From: Parcubacteria group bacterium
Lineage (GTDB): Bacteria; Patescibacteriota; Minisyncoccia; Phycocordibacterales; UBA2135
Direction: 5' to 3'
Assembly (NCBI GenBank): GCA_016204045.1
Contig: JACQLQ010000004.1
Coordinates: forward strand, 164,927 to 228,926
Length of the DNA: 64,000 nt
Part shown: positions 46,001 to 55,242 of the stretch, one piece after another
Layout of the letters: each line of letters opens with the position of its first letter
Numbering within the stretch: the first letter of the stretch is position 1
Notes under the pieces: model-generated
The model's database searches: none
What the model was told of the DNA's origin: nothing
What the model saw: only the letters and a program-made list of their open reading frames with translations
Position numbers and translations under genes: made by a program

Positions 46001-49000
46001 ATTGTTAAGCGCGTCTATGACGGTCGTCGTCCAGTCATCATACGCCCTGGTCGTCGAACCGACGGCGTTTAATTCGTTAGTACTACGCTTAAGCGCATCG
46101 TAGGTGTAGGTCGTGTAGAACGTCGAGTCGCTGGTGGAGGCGGCACGTGAGGAACCAATGCCAAAGTAGGGAAGCGATTCGCGCTTCAAGAGGCCTACGA
46201 GGTTGTATTCAAAATCGCGGACAGCGTAGGTGTTTCCATCTTCCGCTTCTTTACGCGTCTGCAGCTTGCGGTCGAAGCCATCGAGATAGGTATACAGTTC
46301 TGTCGAGGTGGCGGAGTTTAGATAGTTGGTTTCGAGTGTCTTCCTTGAACCTACGGTGTCGGTATAGGCAATGGTCTTTTTGTTAACCAAACTCGAAGGA
46401 GATGCGACATCTGGGATCTTTTCTACTGTCACACGGTCAAGGCCGTCAAAAGTCGTTTCAAATGATCGTCCGTTCGGGTCAACAAACTTCTGCACTTTCC
46501 CGGACGAATAGTCGAGGTAGCGCTCGGTAATGTGGCCATCGGGGTTCGTGGTGGTGGCAACATGAATGTTTTTCGCTTCATACACAAATGTTGTCGCCTT
46601 ATCACGAGGATCCTTCTCTTCTGTGACGAGACCATAGGTGTTGAAGGTCTTTTCAAAATCAATGTAGGTCGAGCCCGTTTCCCATTCTTCGCGCTTGGTC
46701 TGGTTACCTTTTTGAACGCTCCCCAACCCTAGTGAATCGTAGTAAAAAAGTTTTTGACTTAGCGTTGTCGAGGCATAGTTAGTGAGCATTTCTTCATACG
46801 GGAGCCCGGTAATATCGGTTGACGTGGCATACGCGTATGAGAAGACACTCTTGTCAGTGCCCGAATCCGTAAACGTGCCCGCGTCCGCGCCCACAACCTC
46901 CCCCCAGAGCGATTTTTGCGAGAGGTTGCGAGAGGTATTGTTGTAGACGTACGTTTCCGCCATGTCTTTGTGGTCGGAGTCACCGTCGTAGTCAAACGTG
47001 ATTGACTGGATCAGTTTGACGAAATTCCTGCCTTGCCCCTCTTCATACCGGTCCCATTTGTTGATGGTCTTCTTCATCAAGGCGCCCGCGCTGTTTTTCA
47101 CTTCAATGCGATACGGTTTGCCCGCTTTTGCGATATGATCGTCGTACTCACCGAGCACGGAGTTTGTGGTCGTGCCTTGGTGGAAGTAGGTGATTGTTTT
47201 TGTACCCGCTCCGTCTGTGGAAGTCGCAATATGGAATCCCGCGAACTGCCTGTCGTCCGCGCCGCTGAAATAGTAAAAGGCGCCGGCGTATTCACGCGTT
47301 TCAGTTGTCGGTGTGCCAAAGCCATCGTTCCTTGTAATTGTTTGCACCGTCTGGATGGGCGCGGGCATTTCCGTATTCAAGACATGTCCCCCACCGTCTT
47401 TGTACTCAACCGACGATTTGTATGTAAAGGAAATGGTGCCCCCTTGCGCAGTCGTAACTTGCGTGAGAATGTCATTGCGATTGCCGTCATTGATGTAGGT
47501 CTCGACACGAATTTCTCCGCTCGGATCGGCATAATAGTATGTACCGACAAAATCGGTAAGCCCGTCGCCGTTTGCATCCGTAGCTCGCCAACCGCCGTCT
47601 CGGTTGATACTATTGTAGTAGTGAGTGAAGTAAATATCGGGCAACGCGGAAGAGAGCGCAGAATCATAGATCCAGTTAGGTGAGGAGGTGCTCACATTTT
47701 TGTATACTTCATACACACTGCTTCCTCCGAGTGTTTTGTGCCCTTTAATAATATCCGGCAACCCGTCGTTATTTACGTCGGTAACACGAACACCAAGGTC
47801 TGTGCTGCCATTTTCATAAAAATACACAGGTATTGTCGAGGAAGAAACTTCTGTAAAACCAGTTCCATTATTAACATACGCTTTTTTTACATTTTCAGAA
47901 GGACTGTCATCGTACGCAGCGACAATGCGGTCAATGAGCCCATCGCTATTCAAGTCTACGAGCGTTTGGCCTCCGGGGTCTTGGGATTGAGTGCCGATTC
48001 CACCGTAGAGGTTAGCGTCAGCATCCCAGCCCGTGGTGGTGGCACTAAAAAGATATACGCCACCACTCAAGATAAAATCTTCTTGTCCATCGGTATTTGC
48101 ATCCAACAAAAACGCATCGGAGTACCCGCTTCCAGTACTATAGAAGTACCCCGGCGCATTCCAAATGTTGTGATCTTCAAAGCCGAGACCTTTGTTGTAT
48201 AAATTGAGATAAAAGTTTTCCGTCGTGGATGCCTCGCCGGAGTTATATCTCACTTTTGCGAGATCAGTGATGCCATCACCGTTAAAATCCCCCATGCGGG
48301 CTCCTGTGTCATCAAGGCCTGCATTTGGTATCGCGAAACATTCGGGAATGTTGTGGCCCGAGTTCGCCCACCCTGCTCCGATATTAAAATACGTCGCTTG
48401 TTGGTCACACGCTCCCGTTGTAGGACCGTGAGATTTAACGATATCGATAAGCCCATCACCATTCATCTCCGCAAAACGAACACCTACATCGCCTCCGTTA
48501 ACTGTACGTATGAAATCAGTCGGCGCATCCCACGCCGCGTCAATTGTCCATGTTGGGCTCGTTGACTCATAGGTAAACGATATGGCGGGAAGTACCACAG
48601 TATTTCCGTCTTTGTCTTTTCCTGTTTCGGTAATGGAGCTTAAAAGGGAGCGGCTACCATTTACTCCCGTCGTATACGCAAGGTCGTATTTCCGCACCCA
48701 CACACCGTCAATTTTGACGAGTATTTGATTGATACGATACCGAGACTCTACAGAAAAGGCGGCGTTGTACGAAGCAAGGTAATCTAGGCGCGACTCTGTG
48801 CCAAATGAGATTTCAAAATCGCCTGCCGTTGTACCATTTCCGGTATAGGTAATGGTTGCGGGGTAAATCTGTCCGTTGTCTTTCGTATAGGTATAGGTAA
48901 TGTAGTTGTTGTTTTTGTCGCGGACCTCCTGCAGCATCCATTTGAAAATTTTCGTGCTGTCAGCTGGGTTGCTTTGGCGAGCGGCGGTCGTCGAGCCAAA

Positions 49001-49513
49001 GGTATATATGGTGCCAAATGCATCTACCGCTTGCCATGCGTCATCGGTGTCAAAAAATGTGTAGTCATAACTGCGTTCATTGGAAAAACGTGGTCCATAA
49101 TCTTCCGTTACCGTTGTTGAGGCGACAAAAGCCAGTTCACCGTCAAAGGACGACGTGAAATGGCGAGCTGTGTAGAGATTCTCTGTTCCCGTCTTATTTA
49201 CCCGCTCAATGGAAGGAATGGGGATGTCCCAGCCATAACCCACAATGTTCGTGTTGTTATTTCTCTGGTTGTTGTACTCTAGGGCAACTTCAGGTTGCAG
49301 ACCATTTCTTCCTGGTGGAATAGAGAGCGGAATCGTGTGAATCAAGGCGCCCGATGACTCACTTGCGCTAACGCTTGGGCGAAGGACGTTATCGGCCGTA
49401 ACGAAAAACTTTGCGTTAAAATCCGCATCGGCAAAGACGGAGAGTGGTGTGCTCACTAAGAGAAAAAACAGGGCAATACCACTAAGGATTGTTTTTGAGT
49501 ATGGGGATGTCAT
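43016..49513 (-). CDS. Large secreted SpvB/FG-GAP/YD-repeat RHS toxin (TcB-TcC-like fusion)
   Basis: Signal peptide; IPPGRNGLQPEVALEYN (SpvB); D.NGDG..D repeats; DRQFAGF; YD repeats; core DYYPYG...ARYY...GQFMSQDP...NNPITMSDPSG; ~125-aa C-terminal domain. Confidence 0.95.
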   Translation of the reverse strand: MTSPYSKTILSGIALFFLLVSTPLSVFADADFNAKFFVTADNVLRPSVSASESSGALIHTIPLSIPPGRNGLQPEVALEYNNQRNNNTNIVGYGWDIPIPSIERVNKTGTENLYTARHFTSSFDGELAFVASTTVTEDYGPRFSNERSYDYTFFDTDDAWQAVDAFGTIYTFGSTTAARQSNPADSTKIFKWMLQEVRDKNNNYITYTYTKDNGQIYPATITYTGNGTTAGDFEISFGTESRLDYLASYNAAFSVESRYRINQILVKIDGVWVRKYDLAYTTGVNGSRSLLSSITETGKDKDGNTVVLPAISFTYESTSPTWTIDAAWDAPTDFIRTVNGGDVGVRFAEMNGDGLIDIVKSHGPTTGACDQQATYFNIGAGWANSGHNIPECFAIPNAGLDDTGARMGDFNGDGITDLAKVRYNSGEASTTENFYLNLYNKGLGFEDHNIWNAPGYFYSTGSGYSDAFLLDANTDGQEDFILSGGVYLFSATTTGWDADANLYGGIGTQSQDPGGQTLVDLNSDGLIDRIVAAYDDSPSENVKKAYVNNGTGFTEVSSSTIPVYFYENGSTDLGVRVTDVNNDGLPDIIKGHKTLGGSSVYEVYKNVSTSSPNWIYDSALSSALPDIYFTHYYNSINRDGGWRATDANGDGLTDFVGTYYYADPSGEIRVETYINDGNRNDILTQVTTAQGGTISFTYKSSVEYKDGGGHVLNTEMPAPIQTVQTITRNDGFGTPTTETREYAGAFYYFSGADDRQFAGFHIATSTDGAGTKTITYFHQGTTTNSVLGEYDDHIAKAGKPYRIEVKNSAGALMKKTINKWDRYEEGQGRNFVKLIQSITFDYDGDSDHKDMAETYVYNNTSRNLSQKSLWGEVVGADAGTFTDSGTDKSVFSYAYATSTDITGLPYEEMLTNYASTTLSQKLFYYDSLGLGSVQKGNQTKREEWETGSTYIDFEKTFNTYGLVTEEKDPRDKATTFVYEAKNIHVATTTNPDGHITERYLDYSSGKVQKFVDPNGRSFETTFDGLDRVTVEKIPDVASPSSLVNKKTIAYTDTVGSRKTLETNYLNSATSTELYTYLDGFDRKLQTRKEAEDGNTYAVRDFEYNLVGLLKRESLPYFGIGSSRAASTSDSTFYTTYTYDALKRSTNELNAVGSTTRAYDDWTTTVIDALNNTKQFTNDAFGNLKTVIEHDDGSQYTTTYEYNARNDLTKITDSLGNLRNFTYDNLSRLTKSEDLHDAADTGFASTTLLYDAAGNVTTKIDGKNQTVNFTYDDINRVLTENYTLEAGTEVAFAYDTCPEGIGRLCSATTTAAAANFVYDALGNIASEEKTINSTRYLTSFAYDRQGNMTSIVYPDAATASYRFNAAGLLESVDLLPTSTSTLSRFVLHNANYNPGESVTARHFGNGDTSLYDYDEHALYRLSTITTLVGTTTPFSGKNPVLTMGSTNVQQDGADLVGNLINLMGTATTSTVTVGFRYGLLLDNDDPWTATTTTMAATSTGPFSISLLGLQDFKDYSFQAFMSTSSTAVYYGDRYRFYTGDLTMSMPTYKGDQRAWPLRTYDADGTHASTTVGGPSLATTTPAKYLKLYNFGSTSTPQYQAGYWISDPWDLSPITNVEDSFIEYCVCARNGADVKVKTLITSSTTTPAASDFTTAIATSTTSIPGVTAGSNLYGKFLWLKVELTPSYSATGTPCLCRINVAINNVGTTTAAHNALQALTYTYDTAGNITQVKDLSGFGGGKVVNYTYDDLYRLLTASTTVPVDGGYRQTFTYDRIGNIATTSRLGDYTYAETNYANPHAATSIGGVSVTYDNNGNVIFFGSDIYGWNYRDRMASSTVGGITTFYGYDFQNDRVTKGNGTATTTYVGSYYTVASATTTKHIFDTSGTLLATVEGNGTATSTNFSHADHLNSTTITTDEDGDVTQALDYYPYGSERVSTGSNATDRHYIGERFDTETSLNYLNARYYQNSRGQFMSQDPVARDVAMMKPMLEYILTVNKKPGEINREAVLSNPQLLNSYSYSGNNPITMSDPSGEVVAQIAQRVLQFLLSPATREAARKIISGTSNLLTVKDVVEGYKSDFDDNSKGVLGLDAAVEFAKTQVNKYQRTLFDVGQILISVFEGQVQIPQQAPMTDPTKQTYTTPSGAVVDWHGNIITAPSSDNNEDNEEE

Positions 49514-49516
49514 GTC

Positions 49517-51295
49517 CTAGTCAGTACACAGCGCCGTGGAGGTTGTATTGAATTGCTTCTCAGTGCTTGTCGCTATGCCACCAGTGCCATTCACCGATGT
49601 GACGGTGTAGTAATATACTGCGTTGTGGAGAAGTCCTGATAGGTAGAGTGAGTGACTCGTGGTATTCGCGCTTGTACTTGCCACTTCGGTAAAATTGGTT
49701 GCTGAAATCGGGGAAATGAGGCTGTACCACACCTTGCTGTTTGAGTTTACAGAGGTCGTCCATTTGATGTCTGTCCAGCCAGAACCAGTGTTTGCGGCAT
49801 GGATATTCATAAAATCAAAGGCAGTGGTTGTGAATGAGGATTCCGTAGAAGTGCCTGTTGCGCCGCTACTTTGCGTTGAAGAAGCAAAAAAGTAATACGT
49901 GGTGCCCGGAGAGAGGCTGGACAAGTTAATTGTATGGCTCGTCGTTGCGGTGCCATCGTAGACACTCGAATCAGCAACCGTAACACCAGCCGTGGTGTCA
50001 TAATGCACTCCGCTAGTAGAGGAGAGATCAGTCGTCCAGGTAATTTGTGCCGTACTTGCGGTAATGTTCGACGATTGAAGACCGGAAAGCACCGGAGCGG
50101 CCGCTGAATGTTCTACGACTAGTTTCGGATCATTTGTCGTTCCCGTTTGGTCTGCGTGGTAGGAAGTAATATTATTAAATCCTGTTGGTGCAGAGTTATT
50201 AACATCAATGGAAGTCCTTACCCCAAACTTTATAATTCCGCTACCGGTTGCCGCACTCTCAATCGCGGAAATCCCGGTACCATTTATCGTTATATCATTT
50301 GCTGTACCGCCCGTGGTTACCCAGCTCGAGTGCGCCATTGAACCATACTGGGTTGTACCAAACTGATCAAAATCTGCCGTGCCAAGTGCTGTGTCGCTCG
50401 CTGGTGTAGATGCAACAACAACCATATTCACTGTATCCGCGTTATTTATACCGTCTCCATTCCCATAGAATGTAAGTGTTGCGGAGGTAACATCGTCGGA
50501 TCCTATGGCATCTCCATCGTCAAAAAGAAAGGCGCCACGCTTTATATAATATGTGGCCCCTGAAAGCGAGGTCACTTCTATGTTGTTACTTGTCGTGCTG
50601 TCGGTCACTTCATCTCCGGTACTTGCATCGCGTACGGTCGAAAACGTTGACCCAGAATTCCCTACATATCCGTCAACTGTGGTCGATTCGGGATGAGGAT
50701 CTGGTCGTATGGTCGTGGTGGTATTCCCAATTTTCCCTTTGATAATGTACCCTGATGCATATTTTTCTTTCTTTACTGAAAGGGTGTGGGCCAAATCTTG
50801 GAGGAGCGCTTCCTTTGGGTCCTCGCGAAGTTTGCGGGTCTTAGTCGTAATTTCTTTGGTAACTAGATCCTCTTCTTGCCACTCTCTCACAATAGGCCCG
50901 TTGGGGTCATCAACAAGGACTGGGGGGTTAATCATGACAAACCGCTCAATCTCTACTGTGCCGTCTTTACCAAAGCCGATTTGATTGCCATTTTTGTCCC
51001 ATGCTTTTGCAAAGACCTCGACACCACCTTTCCGCGCTTTCATATCTACAACCTCAATCGCATAATCCCCCCGTTCTGTTCTTGGAATTGTTTTAATTTT
51101 TGCAATCTGCTCCCCCTTCACTGTGCCACGATCTTGGGGAAGCGTGAATCCGAGAGCTTCCTCCAGAGTGTTGTAGTAGGCACCATTGACCATGACCGCG
51201 GTTTCGGCAAGTGCTTGCATGTGTACGACAACCCCAAGCACGAGCGTGAAGGAGAAAATCCCGAAAATCCCTAATAGTTTTGAGCGTATGCTCAT
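49517..51295 (-). CDS. Secreted Thr/Ser-rich protein with DNRLRE-like beta domain and two FN3-like domains
   Basis: Signal peptide; DGYV...RGAFLFD...SATL...DPKLVVEH; two ITWTT...S.V.Y...H...L..L...T.YY repeats; 3 bp before RHS start. Confidence 0.8.
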   Translation of the reverse strand: MSIRSKLLGIFGIFSFTLVLGVVVHMQALAETAVMVNGAYYNTLEEALGFTLPQDRGTVKGEQIAKIKTIPRTERGDYAIEVVDMKARKGGVEVFAKAWDKNGNQIGFGKDGTVEIERFVMINPPVLVDDPNGPIVREWQEEDLVTKEITTKTRKLREDPKEALLQDLAHTLSVKKEKYASGYIIKGKIGNTTTTIRPDPHPESTTVDGYVGNSGSTFSTVRDASTGDEVTDSTTSNNIEVTSLSGATYYIKRGAFLFDDGDAIGSDDVTSATLTFYGNGDGINNADTVNMVVVASTPASDTALGTADFDQFGTTQYGSMAHSSWVTTGGTANDITINGTGISAIESAATGSGIIKFGVRTSIDVNNSAPTGFNNITSYHADQTGTTNDPKLVVEHSAAAPVLSGLQSSNITASTAQITWTTDLSSTSGVHYDTTAGVTVADSSVYDGTATTSHTINLSSLSPGTTYYFFASSTQSSGATGTSTESSFTTTAFDFMNIHAANTGSGWTDIKWTTSVNSNSKVWYSLISPISATNFTEVASTSANTTSHSLYLSGLLHNAVYYYTVTSVNGTGGIATSTEKQFNTTSTALCTD

Positions 51296-51440
51296 AGAAA
51301 AAATATGCTAGTTAAAGACAGTAAAAATTACTTTCATTGTATCTGTTGAAAGAACACCGGGACAGATGTTGATAAGCAATCAACGACAGAACGGAGTTTG
51401 AGTCAACAAAAGAGGCGCCTCTGGGGCGCCTCTTTTTAAT

Positions 51441-51665
51441 TTATTGAGCTGCTTTTTTGAGTTCGTTTTGGTATTTAAACATGACCTGGAGCGTTGCTGA
51501 TTGCTGGTCCTGTCCTCCCTTCACCTTCTCTTGGATCTCTTTACCGATCTTTGCAAAAAGCTCGGGGTTATTCCCCACCACCGCAAGGATCTTTTCTTGC
51601 TGATCCGCTGGGAGGTTCTTTAACTTTGATTGGATAAGCTTTTTTAAGAAAAACTGTTTGAACAT
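51441..51665 (-). CDS. Small helical hypothetical protein
   Basis: Clean ORF followed by AAAAGAGGCGCC/GGCGCCTCTTTT terminator. Confidence 0.75.
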   Translation of the reverse strand: MFKQFFLKKLIQSKLKNLPADQQEKILAVVGNNPELFAKIGKEIQEKVKGGQDQQSATLQVMFKYQNELKKAAQ

Positions 51666-51701
51666 AAAAAGATTTTAGCACCCTAGTCCCTATTTTCCTA
51701 A

Positions 51702-51730
51702 AGAAAATACCCGCGAAGCGGGTATTTTCT
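51702..51730. terminator. Strong hairpin terminator
   Basis: AGAAAATACCCGC-GAA-GCGGGTATTTTCT. Confidence 0.75.
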
Positions 51731-51772
51731 CAGACATTCGTCTAGTCGAAGCTCACTGACACTCACCAAGGC

Positions 51773-51816
51773 AGTATAGCAAAGGCCCTTTTAAAAGTCA
51801 ACTCGGCTGTGGATAA
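51773..51816 (-). promoter_or_regulatory. Extended sigma70 promoter with upstream DnaA box
   Basis: TTATCCACA (51816-51808), TTGACT-N17-TATACT with TG extension. Confidence 0.65.
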
Positions 51817-51823
51817 AGGCCTT

Positions 51824-54046
51824 TTATCGGGGCTTTCTCCCCGCCTTAAGCTCGCTTATCCAATAGTCTGCCTGTGACTTGACCGCCGGGTCAACCGCAA
51901 TGGCCCTCTCAAGAGCATGAATTGCATCTGTGGCCCTACCGAGCTCCATATAGGCAGCGGCGAGGGATATAAGGTGCTGTGCGTTCAACGGCTCTTTCGC
52001 CGCTTGCGCCTCCCACAGCGCCACAACACGGTCAAACCGGCCTATCGTGACATATGCGTTTACGAGGAGTGGAGCATTAACAATAGGACGATGCTCTGTG
52101 TGGTACTTCTCGAGCAATGCCTCTGCTTCGGCGACGCGGCGAGCGTAGATGAGTGCCGCGGCATACGTCTCGAGTGCTGTCATGTTTTCTGGGGCGACTT
52201 CCCACGCTACTTTCGCAACAGCTACCGCTTTCTCATAATCGCCGGTGTTCGCATATATTCCGAGGAGGACGTAGAGCAAGTGTTGTTTCTTCGGGGAAAT
52301 CGCACGCGCCTCTTCCAAAACAGTCGCCGCCTCCGCATATCTACCAAATCGAGCATAGAGCGACCCCAAGAACATTTGATACCGCGTGTTCCCAGGTGCT
52401 TCTTCTATTTGCTTTTTCATTTCCTCTTCCGCAAGGGTTACAATACTTTCGCGTATTTGGGGAGCGTTGATCTGAAAACCTATTTGGCTTGCAAACTGTA
52501 CGAGTTGTTCGCGTGCCTCGGCGCGCCCCAAGTAGCCGCCGCGAACCGCGTTTTCGAGTTGTGTAATCATTTCTTGCAGTGCCACCATTTGTGCTTCAGG
52601 TGTCTTTGCCGCCGCAAGCGGGCGTGTATCAATGCCGTCGATAATTGCGCGGGCTGTTCTGATGCCTGTGTGTACTCCATAGAGGGAGAGCAGGAGACCT
52701 ACGATGACCCCAACGGGAACGAGATGCTCTAGTACCCCCCTCCCCACTGGTCGCGCCCCCACTGAATCGCTGGGGGTGCCTTCGACTGCTGCTCGATGAA
52801 TAAATGCGAGCACGCCAAAAAACAGGAGGTAGCTGGTGATGTTATCAAACACGAAAAGATTCTGGAAAAAATACGCCGCAAAAAGCCCGGTGAAAATGCT
52901 TTTTTGAGCAAGGGTCAACTTCTCTCTCCTGTAGAACCAGAGACAGTAGAGCGCCGCCGCAAACATGGAAAGGTACGCGAAGAGACCCAAGAAACCACCG
53001 GCGACAAGCCAGTCCATAAAGACGTTGTGCGCCCGGTCGAACCACGCCTCTTCTCCATACAACCTCGCATCGTAATACTTGCTGAAAGGAAGAATAAAGT
53101 TGTCCTGCCCCCACCCCAAGACGGGGTGTTCTTTGACCCCCTCCCACGCAACACCCCAAATCTTGAAGCGTGCTGATCCTGCCTCAAGAGTAATATTGCT
53201 GAACCGAGACAGCACCGGGTGTGTCGCTATGAACTCCGTATTGCGCAAAAGGAAGAACCCGCCGATAAAGAGGACAATTCCCAAGAGCACCCCTGTAGTG
53301 ATTTTGCGGAATTTCGGATGTTCGCGGTCCAAGAGCGCCAACAAAAGAGCGACTACAAGTACCCCACCCATAAAGCCGAGAAGGGCCCCTCGTGTTGCGG
53401 TGTTGAAGAGCATGAAGAAGTTCAGCGCAATGACAGCGCCGTACATGACCCCGAGCCACACTCGCCCCCGTTGTTCTGTGAGCAAGATGAGCGCGATAAA
53501 AATGTGGAACAAGGCATACGCCGCCAAATATGTGGCGTTGCCGAATGTCGCGTCAATACGGACACCTCCTTGGTTAATGACAATATACCCAGCAAGCTGG
53601 AACATGGTATAGACGCTCAAAATCGCGGAAACACCGAGAGAGGTGTTCGCAAACCACCACCACAGTTTCCTTGTGGCGAGCACGGAACCGGCGACGAGGA
53701 AGTAGGCAAAGAGGTGGAGTGTGGTCACAAACCCTTCCATGCGTTCAAAGTTAGACCAAAAGCTGCGAAGTGGATCTTCGCTAAATATTGTTGCGAGTCC
53801 CATCACACCGACAAAGGCACCCGTCGCTCCGAGAACCCATGACCATTGGGGTCGGTACGCGGAGTCTCTCCATGCAAGAACAATCCACGCGGCGAAAATG
53901 ATCTCGACGATAATTCGAAACGCAAAGTTCTTCCCCGTGATAAACGGAAAGAACATATCCTTCGCGATGATGAGCGGGATGAGCGGCAAGAGAAAGATGC
54001 CAGCAAGTACGACGTACCGAAGCCACTTATTTATTTGCATTTCCAC
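51824..54046 (-). CDS. O-antigen ligase / O-oligosaccharyltransferase family protein with C-terminal TPRs
   Basis: ~12 TMs, TFGNATY, TRGA, R..IW...W....HP.LGWG, RAHN.F.D.LV.GG; TPR tail. Confidence 0.92.
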   Translation of the reverse strand: MEMQINKWLRYVVLAGIFLLPLIPLIIAKDMFFPFITGKNFAFRIIVEIIFAAWIVLAWRDSAYRPQWSWVLGATGAFVGVMGLATIFSEDPLRSFWSNFERMEGFVTTLHLFAYFLVAGSVLATRKLWWWFANTSLGVSAILSVYTMFQLAGYIVINQGGVRIDATFGNATYLAAYALFHIFIALILLTEQRGRVWLGVMYGAVIALNFFMLFNTATRGALLGFMGGVLVVALLLALLDREHPKFRKITTGVLLGIVLFIGGFFLLRNTEFIATHPVLSRFSNITLEAGSARFKIWGVAWEGVKEHPVLGWGQDNFILPFSKYYDARLYGEEAWFDRAHNVFMDWLVAGGFLGLFAYLSMFAAALYCLWFYRREKLTLAQKSIFTGLFAAYFFQNLFVFDNITSYLLFFGVLAFIHRAAVEGTPSDSVGARPVGRGVLEHLVPVGVIVGLLLSLYGVHTGIRTARAIIDGIDTRPLAAAKTPEAQMVALQEMITQLENAVRGGYLGRAEAREQLVQFASQIGFQINAPQIRESIVTLAEEEMKKQIEEAPGNTRYQMFLGSLYARFGRYAEAATVLEEARAISPKKQHLLYVLLGIYANTGDYEKAVAVAKVAWEVAPENMTALETYAAALIYARRVAEAEALLEKYHTEHRPIVNAPLLVNAYVTIGRFDRVVALWEAQAAKEPLNAQHLISLAAAYMELGRATDAIHALERAIAVDPAVKSQADYWISELKAGRKPR

Positions 54047-54132
54047 ACTATAGCAAAGAGGAGGTTTCGACGCACGCTATTGACATGACCTGATTTTTAA
54101 TGAACCATCTTCATAGACGTTGAGGAATAGTA

Positions 54133-55206
54133 ATGGAACAAAGAGAGCTTGTTCTCGTTGCGAGAGACGTAGCACCTTCAAAAGCACTTTTGAAACTTGG
54201 AGAGGCGGGGTGGCCGCTCGGAATTGTTCAACATCGGATATTGGGTAACGGCACCTCGATCGACACCGGCGTCGTGCACACAACCTTGAATGGGTTGCGC
54301 TACAAGGCATGCCTTGTGAGTGCGTTGTCGTCGCATCCGCACTTTGCTGAAACGGAGATTCGCGCGTGCGAAGAAGCATTGCGGCGAGGCATCCCCTACG
54401 GCTTTTATGCCGACACGTGGGGCATTGTCGCAGGAAGGCCGCACTTTACGGAAAAGATTAAGCATGGCGCGTCATTCTTGTTTGTCGTGAACGAAAAAGA
54501 GGCGCGGCGCGCACGAGAATATTTTCCCAACGCAAAAATAGTCGCGTCGGGAAATCCGATGCAGGAAGATTGGTTCTTCCCCAAGAGAACATACATCGAC
54601 GTCCGTCTCCAAATGGGCGTTCTGCCGGAGCAGATCGCGATTCTCTGCCCGTCAGGAAAAGACTTGGCGGTGAACCTGATCCACTTCAGCGGAGCGATAG
54701 AAGCGGCAGGGAAATTGAACGCAAAGGCAATCGTATTCCTTGCAATCCACCCAGGTGACCCGCCAGAGCATCTGAAGCACTATGAATTCCTCGCTAAGTA
54801 CGCCGGATTAGTCTCGGGGACATCTATTCGTTTGGTTACGAAAGATGCCATTCCTTGTTCAGAGCTTTTGGTCGGGTGCGATGTGGTTGTCGCTTCAATG
54901 TCGACCATTGATTGCGAAGCCGCATGCCAAAGGAAACCCGTCATCGACTTTATGTCGCAGACGGCGCTCGGTGTCCACAGTGTTTTGGATGGCGGATGGG
55001 GCTGGGAACTAGCAACCGAGGGAGCGTCTTTTCCCATCTACGGTGATACCGGGAAACTAAGGACGGCAATCGAACTGCTGCTCAACAAAGAATCGAGCAT
55101 GCGCCGAGAGCAGATCCGTTTCCAAAAGCGCCTGTTCCCCACCCCCACCGAACGCGGGGTCGCAGTGCGCCTGATGCGAGAAACTGTTCTTGGATTCTTA
55201 AAGTAA
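54133..55206 (+). CDS. GT-B-fold hypothetical protein
   Basis: ASGNP, AIHPGD, LL.GCDVVV..MST..CEAA...KPVI nucleotide-sugar-binding pattern. Confidence 0.6.
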   Translation: MEQRELVLVARDVAPSKALLKLGEAGWPLGIVQHRILGNGTSIDTGVVHTTLNGLRYKACLVSALSSHPHFAETEIRACEEALRRGIPYGFYADTWGIVAGRPHFTEKIKHGASFLFVVNEKEARRAREYFPNAKIVASGNPMQEDWFFPKRTYIDVRLQMGVLPEQIAILCPSGKDLAVNLIHFSGAIEAAGKLNAKAIVFLAIHPGDPPEHLKHYEFLAKYAGLVSGTSIRLVTKDAIPCSELLVGCDVVVASMSTIDCEAACQRKPVIDFMSQTALGVHSVLDGGWGWELATEGASFPIYGDTGKLRTAIELLLNKESSMRREQIRFQKRLFPTPTERGVAVRLMRETVLGFLK

Positions 55207-55242
55207 CAACAACCGCCATTTAGGCGGTTTTTTACTTGCTTC

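Noticed and set aside
51917-53842. Long + strand ORFs opposite the ligase gene
   Set aside because: Antisense shadows without motifs; the same applies to most short overlapping ORFs in the track
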